From contig CAVXDX010000004.1 in NCBI GenBank assembly GCA_963760615.1, forward strand, positions 78,223 to 142,222: a stretch of 64,000 nt of DNA. The letters are read 5' to 3'. Origin of the DNA: an uncultured Candidatus Micrarchaeota archaeon (lineage in GTDB: Archaea; Micrarchaeota; Micrarchaeia; Burarchaeales; Fermentimicrarchaeaceae). Shown in pieces: positions 18,834 through 27,264 of the stretch; the stretch's first letter is position 1, and each line of letters opens with the position of its first letter. Below the pieces are notes generated by a model. It did not search any database and was not told where the DNA came from. It saw only the letters and a program-made list of their open reading frames with translations. Made by a program: the position numbers and the translations under genes.

Positions 18834-20012
18834 GTGAAGGACATGAAGCACATAAAATATCCTCTAGTGGAACCCATGTTCAAGGGAAGGATGCCCGAGG
18901 GATTTGTGAATGACGTCCGCGGGTGGAGCTGCACGAAGAGGGAGGTAGCTGATGCTGCCAAGGAGGGAAAGCTTCTTACAATGGACGTAGACATGGATGG
19001 TCACGGCAGGTGCAGCCTCAACTGCGGGCACTGTTTCAGGAGGAATAAGAACTTCCACAAGGAGAAAAGGATGGGTAGGGAGGAGCTTTTCAGACATCTT
19101 GCCGAGGCCAAGAAGCTCGGTTTAAGAACTGTTAAGCTCATAGGGCCTGGAGAGCCTCTTGAGGAGCCTGGCCTGATAAGTTTTCTGGAGAGACTCAATG
19201 AGATAGGCATAACCGCGCTGATATTCACAAAAGGCAGGGTTATAGGTGATGATGCAGCCTGTATGGAGATACACAAGAAGGAAGACGGAAGCGCAATGGA
19301 TGGGACGGAGCTTGCGACAAAGCTTAAGGAACTCGGAGTGAGCATATTGTTAGGAGCAAGCTCTTTCGACCCAGAGACTGAGGACAGAACCGTCGGGAAG
19401 ACTGGATACCATGCAATGAGGGATGAGGCGATACTGAGGCTCGTGGAGGCCGGGTTCAATGAGTTCATTCCAAACCAGGCCACAAGACTTGCCTTCATAT
19501 GCACTCCAGTGACGCCTGCCAACATAGATGAGGTTTTTGGGCTTTACAGATGGGTCAGGGCTAGGCATATACAGCCCATCATAGCGCCTACAATGATAGC
19601 AGGAAGGGCGCTCGATAACCTTAAACAGCTAGTGCCTTCTAGAGACAAACTGCTTTCAGCTTACACAAAAATAAACGTCTGGGCGATAGAGCATGGAGTA
19701 TTCACGCTGGAAGATTTCAAGGAGGATGGCGTTACTCCATACGCAGGAGGTGCACATTGCAACCAGCTTGCCGTGGGTGTTTTCCTGAGGGGGGATGGGA
19801 AGGTTCTGAGGTGCCCTGGCGATGATGTGACGGTACTCGGCAATCTTAATGAGAAAAGTTTCACAGAGATATGGAAGAATAGCTATAACCTCAGGAAATA
19901 CAGAGGGATGTACAATAACGGTTGTCCGCCAAAAGAGGGCAAATCCTTCCCGGATGAATTTTTCAAAGATGTGATGAAGAACGTAGAGGAGCATTTCTCA
20001 AAAACAGTTTAG
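18834..20012 (+). CDS. Radical SAM protein with C-terminal SPASM/twitch-like domain
   Basis: CSLNCGHCF (CxxxCxxC), GPGEP, C-terminal CNQ...LRCPG...LGNL...WKN...CPPK. The start may be ATG 18843. Confidence 0.9.
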   Translation: MKDMKHIKYPLVEPMFKGRMPEGFVNDVRGWSCTKREVADAAKEGKLLTMDVDMDGHGRCSLNCGHCFRRNKNFHKEKRMGREELFRHLAEAKKLGLRTVKLIGPGEPLEEPGLISFLERLNEIGITALIFTKGRVIGDDAACMEIHKKEDGSAMDGTELATKLKELGVSILLGASSFDPETEDRTVGKTGYHAMRDEAILRLVEAGFNEFIPNQATRLAFICTPVTPANIDEVFGLYRWVRARHIQPIIAPTMIAGRALDNLKQLVPSRDKLLSAYTKINVWAIEHGVFTLEDFKEDGVTPYAGGAHCNQLAVGVFLRGDGKVLRCPGDDVTVLGNLNEKSFTEIWKNSYNLRKYRGMYNNGCPPKEGKSFPDEFFKDVMKNVEEHFSKTV

Positions 20013-20024
20013 GGAGGGTGGTCT

Positions 20025-20921
20025 GTGATGTTAAAAGAAAAATCTCAGGAAAAAGAATTGGAATGGAAGAGGATACCCCTTGAGTTAAAAGACGTGGGTA
20101 AGGGGAACAAGGAACTTTATGCTAAAACTGGTGGAGGCGATAGCACTATTAGACTAGTGCCTGTGAAAACCGGGATTGACGTTATTGAAAATTCTCGCGC
20201 CATACATATCGAGAGAGGTTTCAGAAGTCAGCATAAGAGAGAAATTGAACTAGGTTTTCTTACAACGACTACGCATTGCGACTTTGACGGCAAGATAAGA
20301 TCGGTCAACTTTGTTTTCTTAAGGGATGAGAATGACAAGACCCCACTAAAAGCCAGTGTGGACTTTGAGAAGGAGAGAAACAGCAAGTTCTCAAAATTAC
20401 CAGATGCTATGAAACAACTTCTAAAAGAATACGGTATTCTAGGAGAATATGGTGGTAGCGTAGAAATGGGGTGGAAAAGTAACACTCTCTTATCTGATGC
20501 AGACAAGCGCATAGATTACTTCGAGGAACCTGCCGGGAACTTCTCGGGGTTAGCCCACTCTCAAACTCTGAGTTTCGAATTAAGGATGTTTTCAGAACCA
20601 CAATTGGTTGTCACTGAAACAGTTGTAGCGGGCGGAAAAGATGATTCCTACGGTAATATAATGAGTGCCAGCTTGGTTAAATCCTATGCAGCCAAAGAGG
20701 GTTTCATCGGAACCCATATTGACATAATGTTCCAAAACTCAGTAGGTCAGCCAGAGAAGGTTTTTACTTTCCTTGGAGAATATGTGTACGCTGATGAAGG
20801 AGAAAAAATAAGGCAAATAATCAACAACCCAAAGGCAGCGGAATTCAAGGAAATAGTGGAGAGGAACAGAGAGCTTATGAAGATTAAGCCAGACGGCATT
20901 CAGTCATCAGGAAGTAGTTGA
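20025..20921 (+). CDS. Hypothetical protein
   Basis: 298 aa ORF with upstream GGAGGGTGG; no recognised motif. Confidence 0.6.
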   Translation: MMLKEKSQEKELEWKRIPLELKDVGKGNKELYAKTGGGDSTIRLVPVKTGIDVIENSRAIHIERGFRSQHKREIELGFLTTTTHCDFDGKIRSVNFVFLRDENDKTPLKASVDFEKERNSKFSKLPDAMKQLLKEYGILGEYGGSVEMGWKSNTLLSDADKRIDYFEEPAGNFSGLAHSQTLSFELRMFSEPQLVVTETVVAGGKDDSYGNIMSASLVKSYAAKEGFIGTHIDIMFQNSVGQPEKVFTFLGEYVYADEGEKIRQIINNPKAAEFKEIVERNRELMKIKPDGIQSSGSS

Positions 20922-21093
20922 GATTATGGCAGGAAATAAGTAAACTACAAGAAAACCAGCGCAGGCGCATCGGCACAGGATGCAATGGATATAAGCTTAA
21001 GGGAGGTTGAGAGAACGTTGCAAGAGGCTCTTACAGATATAAGGCTGAAACGCGCCCTTAAAGCTACACCTCCAGATTCTTGAATAGTATCTT

Positions 21094-22035
21094 TCAGGAG
21101 GACTGCTTCGCAACGCCGACAATTCTCAGCCCCTTTGCATTCAGGTCGCACAGAAGCAGTTTCTCCTCCTTTAGGAATGCAACCGGTTTTTCGGTTTTTA
21201 TCGTCCCCATTCCCTTTTCGCCAGGCTTTATCTCATTCCGAATCTCAAGCCTGCATGGCTCGAACTGCAAGCCCGCACTTATATGAAGCGCCTCGTCATT
21301 CCGAAGCGGCTCTTTGGAGAACTTCAGGGCAGCCAGCTCGCAGGCGAACCTCTCCTCCACACAGATTTTCTCCTTTGAAAGAACAGTTCCCCGCATTATA
21401 TCGCCAGGCTTCACATTCTTGAGCGCAAGCCCCACCCTGTCCCAGCAGACTGCAGAAGTGACATCCTCGTCATTCTTCTGGATGCTCTTCACCTCAATCT
21501 CCTTCCCGGATGGGTAGGCGGTTATCCTGTCATGCACTGCTATACCGCCCCGCTTGACAATGCCCAAAGCCACAGTCCCAACTCCCTTCACCTCAAAGCA
21601 GTGGTCTATGTGCACAAGAGTTTCTCCCTCAACGTTTGGGCTCTCCTGCGCAAACAGGAATTCCCGCGCCTCCTTAATTTCTGAGAAAATTCTACTGTTT
21701 TTCAAAGAAGTCTCTGCAAGCAGAGGCTTCAGGTCAGATGAGCTCAGGAAAACAGCCTTCATGCCAAGCGTGTCAAGGACAACAATCATCTCACCAAGCA
21801 CGGATGAGGGCTTGTCCGCAACCACAAGCGCCATGTCTGAGAGGCACAGCGTCTGGAGTAGAACTGGAAACTTTGCAGGATACGCGAGAGGGTCTATTGC
21901 AGTTATTATCTTTCCCTGGAATACTGTGTGGTAGAATGAGATGTCATCCTCAGTCCCCTTCTTGCCAAGAGCCTGCGCTGCCGTTGCGCGTCTTTCCGCA
22001 TCCTCTCCCAACACTGCAATGTTAAGACTCTGCAT
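21094..22035 (-). CDS. Archaeal SelB-like (aSelBL) EF-Tu-domain protein with degenerate G domain
   Basis: IDHCFEVKGVGTVALG (EF-Tu domain II), EVKSIQ, RVGLALKN; N-terminal GKKGTEDDISFY without an intact P-loop. Start moved to ATG 22035. Confidence 0.85.
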   Translation of the reverse strand: MQSLNIAVLGEDAERRATAAQALGKKGTEDDISFYHTVFQGKIITAIDPLAYPAKFPVLLQTLCLSDMALVVADKPSSVLGEMIVVLDTLGMKAVFLSSSDLKPLLAETSLKNSRIFSEIKEAREFLFAQESPNVEGETLVHIDHCFEVKGVGTVALGIVKRGGIAVHDRITAYPSGKEIEVKSIQKNDEDVTSAVCWDRVGLALKNVKPGDIMRGTVLSKEKICVEERFACELAALKFSKEPLRNDEALHISAGLQFEPCRLEIRNEIKPGEKGMGTIKTEKPVAFLKEEKLLLCDLNAKGLRIVGVAKQSS

Positions 22036-22164
22036 GAAATCAACTGAAAGGCATAAATTGAAGAGTTCAAAGTTTAAAATCCTGCCGTATCCAGGCAATG
22101 TATTATTATATTAGTATTGAGTAATAGCATCACAAATAGCTGATGCTAATTGTGGAGTATTTAA

Positions 22165-23376
22165 ATGAACATTAAATTTAGTGAGCCTATTTCAAAGGCA
22201 CTTGCAGAACTAGGCTTCAAAGAACTGACTGAAGTGCAGAAGCAGGCAATACCCTACATATTGCAGGGGGAGGATTTGATAGCGCAGGCAAGGACAGGCA
22301 CCGGCAAGACTGCAGCATTTGCAATTCCTCTTCTTGAGATAATACCTGATAAGCCCTACGTTCAGGCAATTGTGCTAGCCCCTACAAGAGAACTGGCAAT
22401 ACAGGTTGGGAACGACTTCAAGAAGATAGGCAAGTACTCAAAGGCGCGCGTGCTCGTAGCCTACGGAGGGGTGGGTCTAGAGCCGCAGATTGAGAAGCTG
22501 AGGGCAGGAGTGCAAATTGTCGTCGGCACACCTGGCAGAATTCTTGATTTGATATCCCGTAGGGCGCTGAATCTTTCAAGAATAGAGTTCTTCGTCATTG
22601 ATGAGGCAGATGTGATGCTCGCAATGGGTTTCATAAGGGATGTTGAGAGGATACTTATGGAAGTTCCGCAGAAAAGGCAGATGCTGCTCTTTTGCGTTGA
22701 CTTCCCTGAGGAGATACTGACGCTTGCCAAGAAGCACATGCGCTACCCTCAGCATGTGAAGCTCATCTCATCAGAGAAGAGCGCTCAGGGAGTCAAGCAG
22801 GTATTCTACATGGTCGAGTCAGGTAGGAAGTTGGGCGCCCTGCTGTTCCTGCTGAGGCAGATAAAGCCGCAGAGGACGCTCATATTTTGCAGAACGAAGA
22901 GAAAGGTTGATGAGCTCACCCGCATACTGAATTACAATGGAATAAAAGCAATGGGCATACAGGGTGACTTGAGTCAGCCCCAGAGAACTAGGACGATGGA
23001 TGCATTCAAGGAGGGCTCGATAAGCCTGCTTGTTGCCACCGATGTTGCTTCGAGGGGCATTCAGGTTGAGAAGATTTCCCATGTGTTCAACTACGAGCTT
23101 CCCTATGACATAAACTATTATTTGCACCGCATAGGCAGGACTGGAAGGATGAGTGATGTTGGAGAGGCAATTACGCTCTGTTATTCCGATGAAATGGGCA
23201 CTCTTGGGCAAATTGAGAGGCTCATCGGCACAACGCTGGAGGAGAAATTCTTACCCAACAATACGCCTGCCCCTAGGATGCCTCCCTATCAAAGCTACCA
23301 AGGGCGAGACAGAAACCGTCCCTACGGTCAGAGTAGCTTCGGAGACAGGCGCAGGCCACCGCGTTTCCGCAGGTAA
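22165..23376 (+). CDS. DEAD-box RNA helicase
   Basis: Q motif, ARTGTGKT, PTRELA, GTPGRI, DEAD, LVATDVASRG, HRIGRTGR; Arg-rich tail. Confidence 0.95.
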   Translation: MNIKFSEPISKALAELGFKELTEVQKQAIPYILQGEDLIAQARTGTGKTAAFAIPLLEIIPDKPYVQAIVLAPTRELAIQVGNDFKKIGKYSKARVLVAYGGVGLEPQIEKLRAGVQIVVGTPGRILDLISRRALNLSRIEFFVIDEADVMLAMGFIRDVERILMEVPQKRQMLLFCVDFPEEILTLAKKHMRYPQHVKLISSEKSAQGVKQVFYMVESGRKLGALLFLLRQIKPQRTLIFCRTKRKVDELTRILNYNGIKAMGIQGDLSQPQRTRTMDAFKEGSISLLVATDVASRGIQVEKISHVFNYELPYDINYYLHRIGRTGRMSDVGEAITLCYSDEMGTLGQIERLIGTTLEEKFLPNNTPAPRMPPYQSYQGRDRNRPYGQSSFGDRRRPPRFRR

Positions 23377-23425
23377 TTAAATTCGAGGAATGACATTCTC
23401 GCTTTTTGGAATGCATTATAAAAAA

Positions 23426-23653
23426 TTAAGATTTCTTTGATTTTTTGTATTCTTTAGTAGGCTCTACGGCCTTCAGGACAAACCAAGTCCCCAAGGTTAC
23501 CCCAAGAAACTTCCATGTTTGATTTAGATTTTCAATAAATTTCCAACCGGAGTAATAAGAAATTACCAATGCCAGTGCAACTGCGGTAATCTCTTTCCAG
23601 TAGTTTTTCACTCTAAAATATTCTATCGCAACAGTCATGTATAAACTATCCAT
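23426..23653 (-). CDS. Small AT-rich two-helix membrane protein
   Basis: Two hydrophobic segments and a basic C-terminus; start uncertain. Confidence 0.45.
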   Translation of the reverse strand: MDSLYMTVAIEYFRVKNYWKEITAVALALVISYYSGWKFIENLNQTWKFLGVTLGTWFVLKAVEPTKEYKKSKKS

Positions 23654-23699
23654 TACTTGGTATATTAAACTTGCCAGAATTAATCAAAATAAATTGAGT

Positions 23700-23814
23700 G
23701 GTCAGCAACAATGGGCGTTCCCGCTGCAAAGCAGTACAGGCACCATCGTGAGCGAGCTTAACTTCCGAGTTCGGAATGGGTTCGGGTGTCTCCCCGCTCC
23801 TATGGCCGCTGACC
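23700..23814 (-). rRNA. rrf: 5S rRNA, unlinked from 16S/23S
   Basis: Reverse complement GGTCAGCGGCCATAG...CACCCGAACCCATTCCGAACTCGGAAGTTAAGC...GTTGCTGACC; terminal stem GGTCAGC/GCTGACC and the conserved CCGAAC loop. Confidence 0.95.
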
Positions 23815-23866
23815 GACTATAATTATGCCAAATGGTATTTAAAAAGCTTGCTTTTTCTCCATTTGA

Positions 23867-24262
23867 TTACTCCTTTATCTCAAAAATGCTGCGCAAATTC
23901 TCCTGTAGGTGTTTGATATTAGGCGGATATGTTAGGCTTGAAAGAGTGTCATCCGCAGTTTTCTTGATATCCTCAGGCAAATTCAGAGCTAGGGGGTTAA
24001 GCGCTATAAATGTTGAAAGCCTAATGGCACCCAGATGAACCAGTGACTCCTGTACTCTCTCTTCCTTGGTTGTTGCTCCAACAGCCTTGCCCATTTTCCT
24101 TATTGCGTCTTTCATCCCATGTTCAGACGACTTAAGTTCTATAAGCTCTTTCTCAACTTCCTCCATCAGAAATTTAGATTGCGTATGAAGTGTTACGTCG
24201 TCTTGTTTACCCAAGTCGTTTATTGCGTTTATTCTATCGCTTTTTGTAGTGATTAAAGACAT
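23867..24262 (-). CDS. Hypothetical helical protein
   Basis: 131 aa ORF; no recognised motif. Confidence 0.55.
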   Translation of the reverse strand: MSLITTKSDRINAINDLGKQDDVTLHTQSKFLMEEVEKELIELKSSEHGMKDAIRKMGKAVGATTKEERVQESLVHLGAIRLSTFIALNPLALNLPEDIKKTADDTLSSLTYPPNIKHLQENLRSIFEIKE

Positions 24263-24336
24263 GGTAAAATTATGGCCTTTACCCTATTTAAAGATTGCTC
24301 ATGCTGAAAAAAGCTGAAGAAATAGAATGGAATAAC

Positions 24337-24639
24337 TTACTTCTTCACTGGGAGCGGCTTTGCATGCGACGCCAGCAGCTTTATTGCCTGCTCTATGGCA
24401 TTCCTCACTTCCCTCTCGCTCTTTGAGCCGGTGCATATTATCTTGCCGTTCTTGAAGAGCAGCAACGAGGCTCTGGGTTCTTTGAGCTTCAGGATGGCTC
24501 CTGGGAACTGCTCTGGCTCATACTCCACATTTCGGACTTTCTGCGCAATTGTGTAAAGGTCAAGCTCCACTCCCAGATTTGCAGATGCAACGATGTTCTC
24601 TATCTTGAACTTTGGCTCAATTTTGAGTTTTTTAGCCAC
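24337..24639 (-). CDS. Single-repeat (monopartite) TATA-binding-protein-like protein
   Basis: KIENIVASA, EYEPEQFPG, LLLFKNGKIICTGSKS form exactly one TBP repeat in 100 aa; GTG start with a GGTGGT RBS. Confidence 0.9.
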   Translation of the reverse strand: MAKKLKIEPKFKIENIVASANLGVELDLYTIAQKVRNVEYEPEQFPGAILKLKEPRASLLLFKNGKIICTGSKSEREVRNAIEQAIKLLASHAKPLPVKK

Positions 24640-24796
24640 GGATGACCACCACTTTATTTATAAACGTAGGTATTTAAAAACCGAACGACGAGCCAGCACT
24701 CTGCGGAATATGTTTGGTGAAAGCCAACAGCATTTATATATCTATTTGGGTATATACTACTACTCTACAGTCGTTAAGTTGGCTCGGAGGGAGCCC

Positions 24797-25075
24797 ATGA
24801 GAAGGTCGTTGGGAAAGTTCTCAAAGAGGACTAGGTGCCTTAGGAAAAGGGCGGGGCAGAAAAGCGTCCCCATGAGGAGGCTTTTGGGCAGCTTCAGCAT
24901 TGGAGACAAGGTTTGCATAAACCTGGCTCCTTCCCAGCAGGGTTTGCCTCACCCGCGCTACAGGGGAAGGCACGGAGTAATTGTTGCGATGAGAGGCAAG
25001 TCATATGTTGTCGATGTCAAGAGTGGCAACTCGTACAAGAGGATAATACTGCCGGGGATGCATCTGAAGAAGTGA
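24797..25075 (+). CDS. rpl21e: 50S ribosomal protein L21e
   Basis: FSIGDKVCI, PHPRYRGRHGVI, HLKK; start ATG 24797 after GGAGG. Confidence 0.93.
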   Translation: MRRSLGKFSKRTRCLRKRAGQKSVPMRRLLGSFSIGDKVCINLAPSQQGLPHPRYRGRHGVIVAMRGKSYVVDVKSGNSYKRIILPGMHLKK

Positions 25076-25079
25076 TGTT

Positions 25080-25418
25080 ATGATTGAGAAGGACGTTGTA
25101 TCGAACAGGCCTGCAACGCTTGCCGAGGTAAAGGAAGTGCTTGAGGAGAGGAAGAAAGAAGGTGAATTGGGCTTCGAGCAGCAGACAACACTTGCCTATG
25201 CAACTAAATATGCGAAGCTGAGCAAGAAGAAAGCAGCCGAGCTGATTGAGGAGCTCCAGAAAATCAACAAGGTGAAGCCCACAGTTGCTGCCAAGATAGC
25301 AGACATACTCCCGAAGAACTCGGACCAGATTAGGCTGATATTCGCAAACGAGAGGTATTCGCTGAGTGCGGAAGAGATTAAGGAAGTGCTTAAAATTGTC
25401 GAGAAATACTCCAAATAG
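25080..25418 (+). CDS. rpo4: RNA polymerase subunit Rpo4 (RpoF)
   Basis: LGFEQQTTLAYA, KIADILPK, IRLIFANE; conserved position after rpl21e. Confidence 0.92.
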   Translation: MIEKDVVSNRPATLAEVKEVLEERKKEGELGFEQQTTLAYATKYAKLSKKKAAELIEELQKINKVKPTVAAKIADILPKNSDQIRLIFANERYSLSAEEIKEVLKIVEKYSK

Positions 25419-25429
25419 AGGTCAGGAAG

Positions 25430-25996
25430 ATGAGGATAGGAATGGAGGAATATGCAGTAGTATTAGATTCGCTCCCTTACGGGAAATCGACAGATGTGAG
25501 AAGGGAGCCGATAGCCCAAGTGGTAGGGGAAGATTACTTCACGCTATTGGAAATCACTCCGAAGTCGAGTGTGACTGTTTCTGTTGGTGAGAGGATATAC
25601 ATAGGAAAGGGGCCGCGGGATAAGGTGGACCACATAAAGAGCAGGATAAACTACCTAGATTTGACCTTTTCAGCAAGGGCAGAGCTTGAGAGGGCTTTGA
25701 GGAGGATAATACAGGAGAAGGAGCAATACTTTGTCGGCTTCTTCAACAAATGCGGCCCGATAAACATACGCCTGCACCAGCTGGAGCTACTGCCAGGTGT
25801 TGGAAAGAAGCACATGAGAGACATACTGGATGAGAGGGAGAGGAAGCCTTTCGAGAGCCTGGAGGACATAAACAAGCGGGTGGCTTTGCTTCCGGATGCC
25901 TCAAAGATAATAGTAGATAGGATACTAGAGGAGCTGCTAGGCAAGTCCAAGTACTACATACTCACAAGGCCGCCTTTCCAGAAAGAAGAGGTCTAG
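25430..25996 (+). CDS. DUF655 helix-hairpin-helix nucleic-acid-binding protein
   Basis: AQVVGEDYFTLLE, FFNKCGPINIRLHQLELLPGVGKK; conserved archaeal operon position. Confidence 0.92.
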   Translation: MRIGMEEYAVVLDSLPYGKSTDVRREPIAQVVGEDYFTLLEITPKSSVTVSVGERIYIGKGPRDKVDHIKSRINYLDLTFSARAELERALRRIIQEKEQYFVGFFNKCGPINIRLHQLELLPGVGKKHMRDILDERERKPFESLEDINKRVALLPDASKIIVDRILEELLGKSKYYILTRPPFQKEEV

Positions 25997-25998
25997 CT

Positions 25999-26844
25999 GT
26001 GCTGAGGGAAGAACTGCTGTCACTTTTTGAAAGGTATGCCCTCAAGCCAAGAAAGAAATTGAGCCAGAGCTTCCTTGTTGATGAGAGAGTCATAGAAAAA
26101 GAGGTTGAGTATGCTGATGTTGAAGGCAAGGAAGTCTTGGAGATAGGAGCAGGAGTAGGCTTCCTCACAAGAGCATTGGCAGAGAAGGCAAAAAGAGTTG
26201 TTGCAGTTGAGAAGGATGAGAGACTTGTGAAAATACTCAGGAATTCACTTCCAAAGTCAGTTGAAGTTGTTGAGGCTGATTTCCTTAAGTATGATGCAGG
26301 AAAAACACAGGTGGTTGTTTCAAATGTTCCTTACTCAATTTCATCACCATTAACATTCAAAATAGCCGAGATGGAGTTTGAGCATGCAGTCCTCTGCTAT
26401 CAGGAGGAGTTTGCGAGGAGGATGCTTGCGAAGCCGAATACAAGTGAGTATTCCCGCCTCTCTGTGATGAGCCAGCTGAGCTTTGAGATGAAGTTCCTGC
26501 AGAGGGTGCCGAGAAACTGCTTCCTCCCGGTGCCGAAAGTGAATTCTGCGTTGATTGCTTTAACCCCAAGAAAGGAGAGAGTTGATGAAATTTCAAAGGA
26601 ATTGATTAACCTGCTTTTCCAGCACAGGAATAAGACTCTGAGAAGTTCCTTGCTGAGCTCATCCCGAAATCTTGGGGTAAGCAGAAAAGAGCTCATGCAA
26701 ATCGCTGAGAGAATACCATTCAAGGAGAGGAGAGTAGTCTCCCTAAATCAGAAAGAAATTCTCGAAGTTGTGGGAAGTGAAGAGCTGAGGAATTGTATAA
26801 AAAAGGAGTCTAGAACTCCTCATCTGCACGCTCCATCTCCATGA
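25999..26844 (+). CDS. ksgA: 16S rRNA m6,2A dimethyltransferase
   Basis: KKLSQSFLVD, LEIGAG, VSNVPYSIS, YSRLSV, PVPKVNSA. Confidence 0.95.
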   Translation: MLREELLSLFERYALKPRKKLSQSFLVDERVIEKEVEYADVEGKEVLEIGAGVGFLTRALAEKAKRVVAVEKDERLVKILRNSLPKSVEVVEADFLKYDAGKTQVVVSNVPYSISSPLTFKIAEMEFEHAVLCYQEEFARRMLAKPNTSEYSRLSVMSQLSFEMKFLQRVPRNCFLPVPKVNSALIALTPRKERVDEISKELINLLFQHRNKTLRSSLLSSSRNLGVSRKELMQIAERIPFKERRVVSLNQKEILEVVGSEELRNCIKKESRTPHLHAPSP

Positions 26845-27193
26845 TGACCTCTTCAAGCTCAGCCCTTTGTTTCATGAGAAGTTGTTTTATCCTCGCAAAC
26901 CGCTTTGCCTGCAAGTCGACATACCTGTACTTCTTGGATGCCTTGTTGAAATGCTCTATGGAAAGGGTGTAGAACTCTTCATTATCCATAGCTTTTGCAA
27001 TATCCTCCAGAATCTTGCCCATGAGCTCATTCGCAGCTATTTTCACATCCCTTCTTATCTGGTGCTCCTTCTGGAAATTCTTCTTGAGAATCCTCACGAC
27101 TCTGGCATTTGGGAACGGAAGCGCTAGCTGCTCAAGCTCTTCCTCATCCTTCTCTTCATCAACAGTGCCGGCAACTGGTTCTCCCTCTCCCAC
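26810..27193 (-). CDS. Histone-fold (NF-YB/HMF-like) protein with acidic N-tail and C-terminal coiled coil
   Basis: LPFPNARVVRILK...IRRDVKIAANELMGKILEDIAK...TLSIEHF three-helix pattern; GTG start after GGTGA. Confidence 0.65.
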   Translation of the reverse strand: MGEGEPVAGTVDEEKDEEELEQLALPFPNARVVRILKKNFQKEHQIRRDVKIAANELMGKILEDIAKAMDNEEFYTLSIEHFNKASKKYRYVDLQAKRFARIKQLLMKQRAELEEVIMEMERADEEF

Positions 27194-27264
27194 ACTATCA
27201 CCCCATTTCTATTTGTTCATTCATTTTTAAATAGCTAACTATTCAACAATATACCGGTGTTGCC

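Noticed and set aside
20926-21082. Possible frameshifted small ORF (MAGNK / ...MDISLREVERTLQEALTDIRLKRAL...)
   Set aside because: Short, with no recognisable homology or clear RBS; cannot be told apart from intergenic noise.
23700-23814. Isolated 5S rRNA as an anomaly
   Set aside because: Unlinked 5S genes are normal in many archaea, including DPANN.
24337-24639. tbp pseudogene or frameshift
   Set aside because: Intact RBS, start and stop, and no second-repeat sequence in adjacent frames; treated as a real single-repeat gene.
26810-26844. Convergent 35-nt overlap of the ksgA and histone-fold gene ends as antisense regulation
   Set aside because: Short 3' overlaps are common in compact archaeal genomes.
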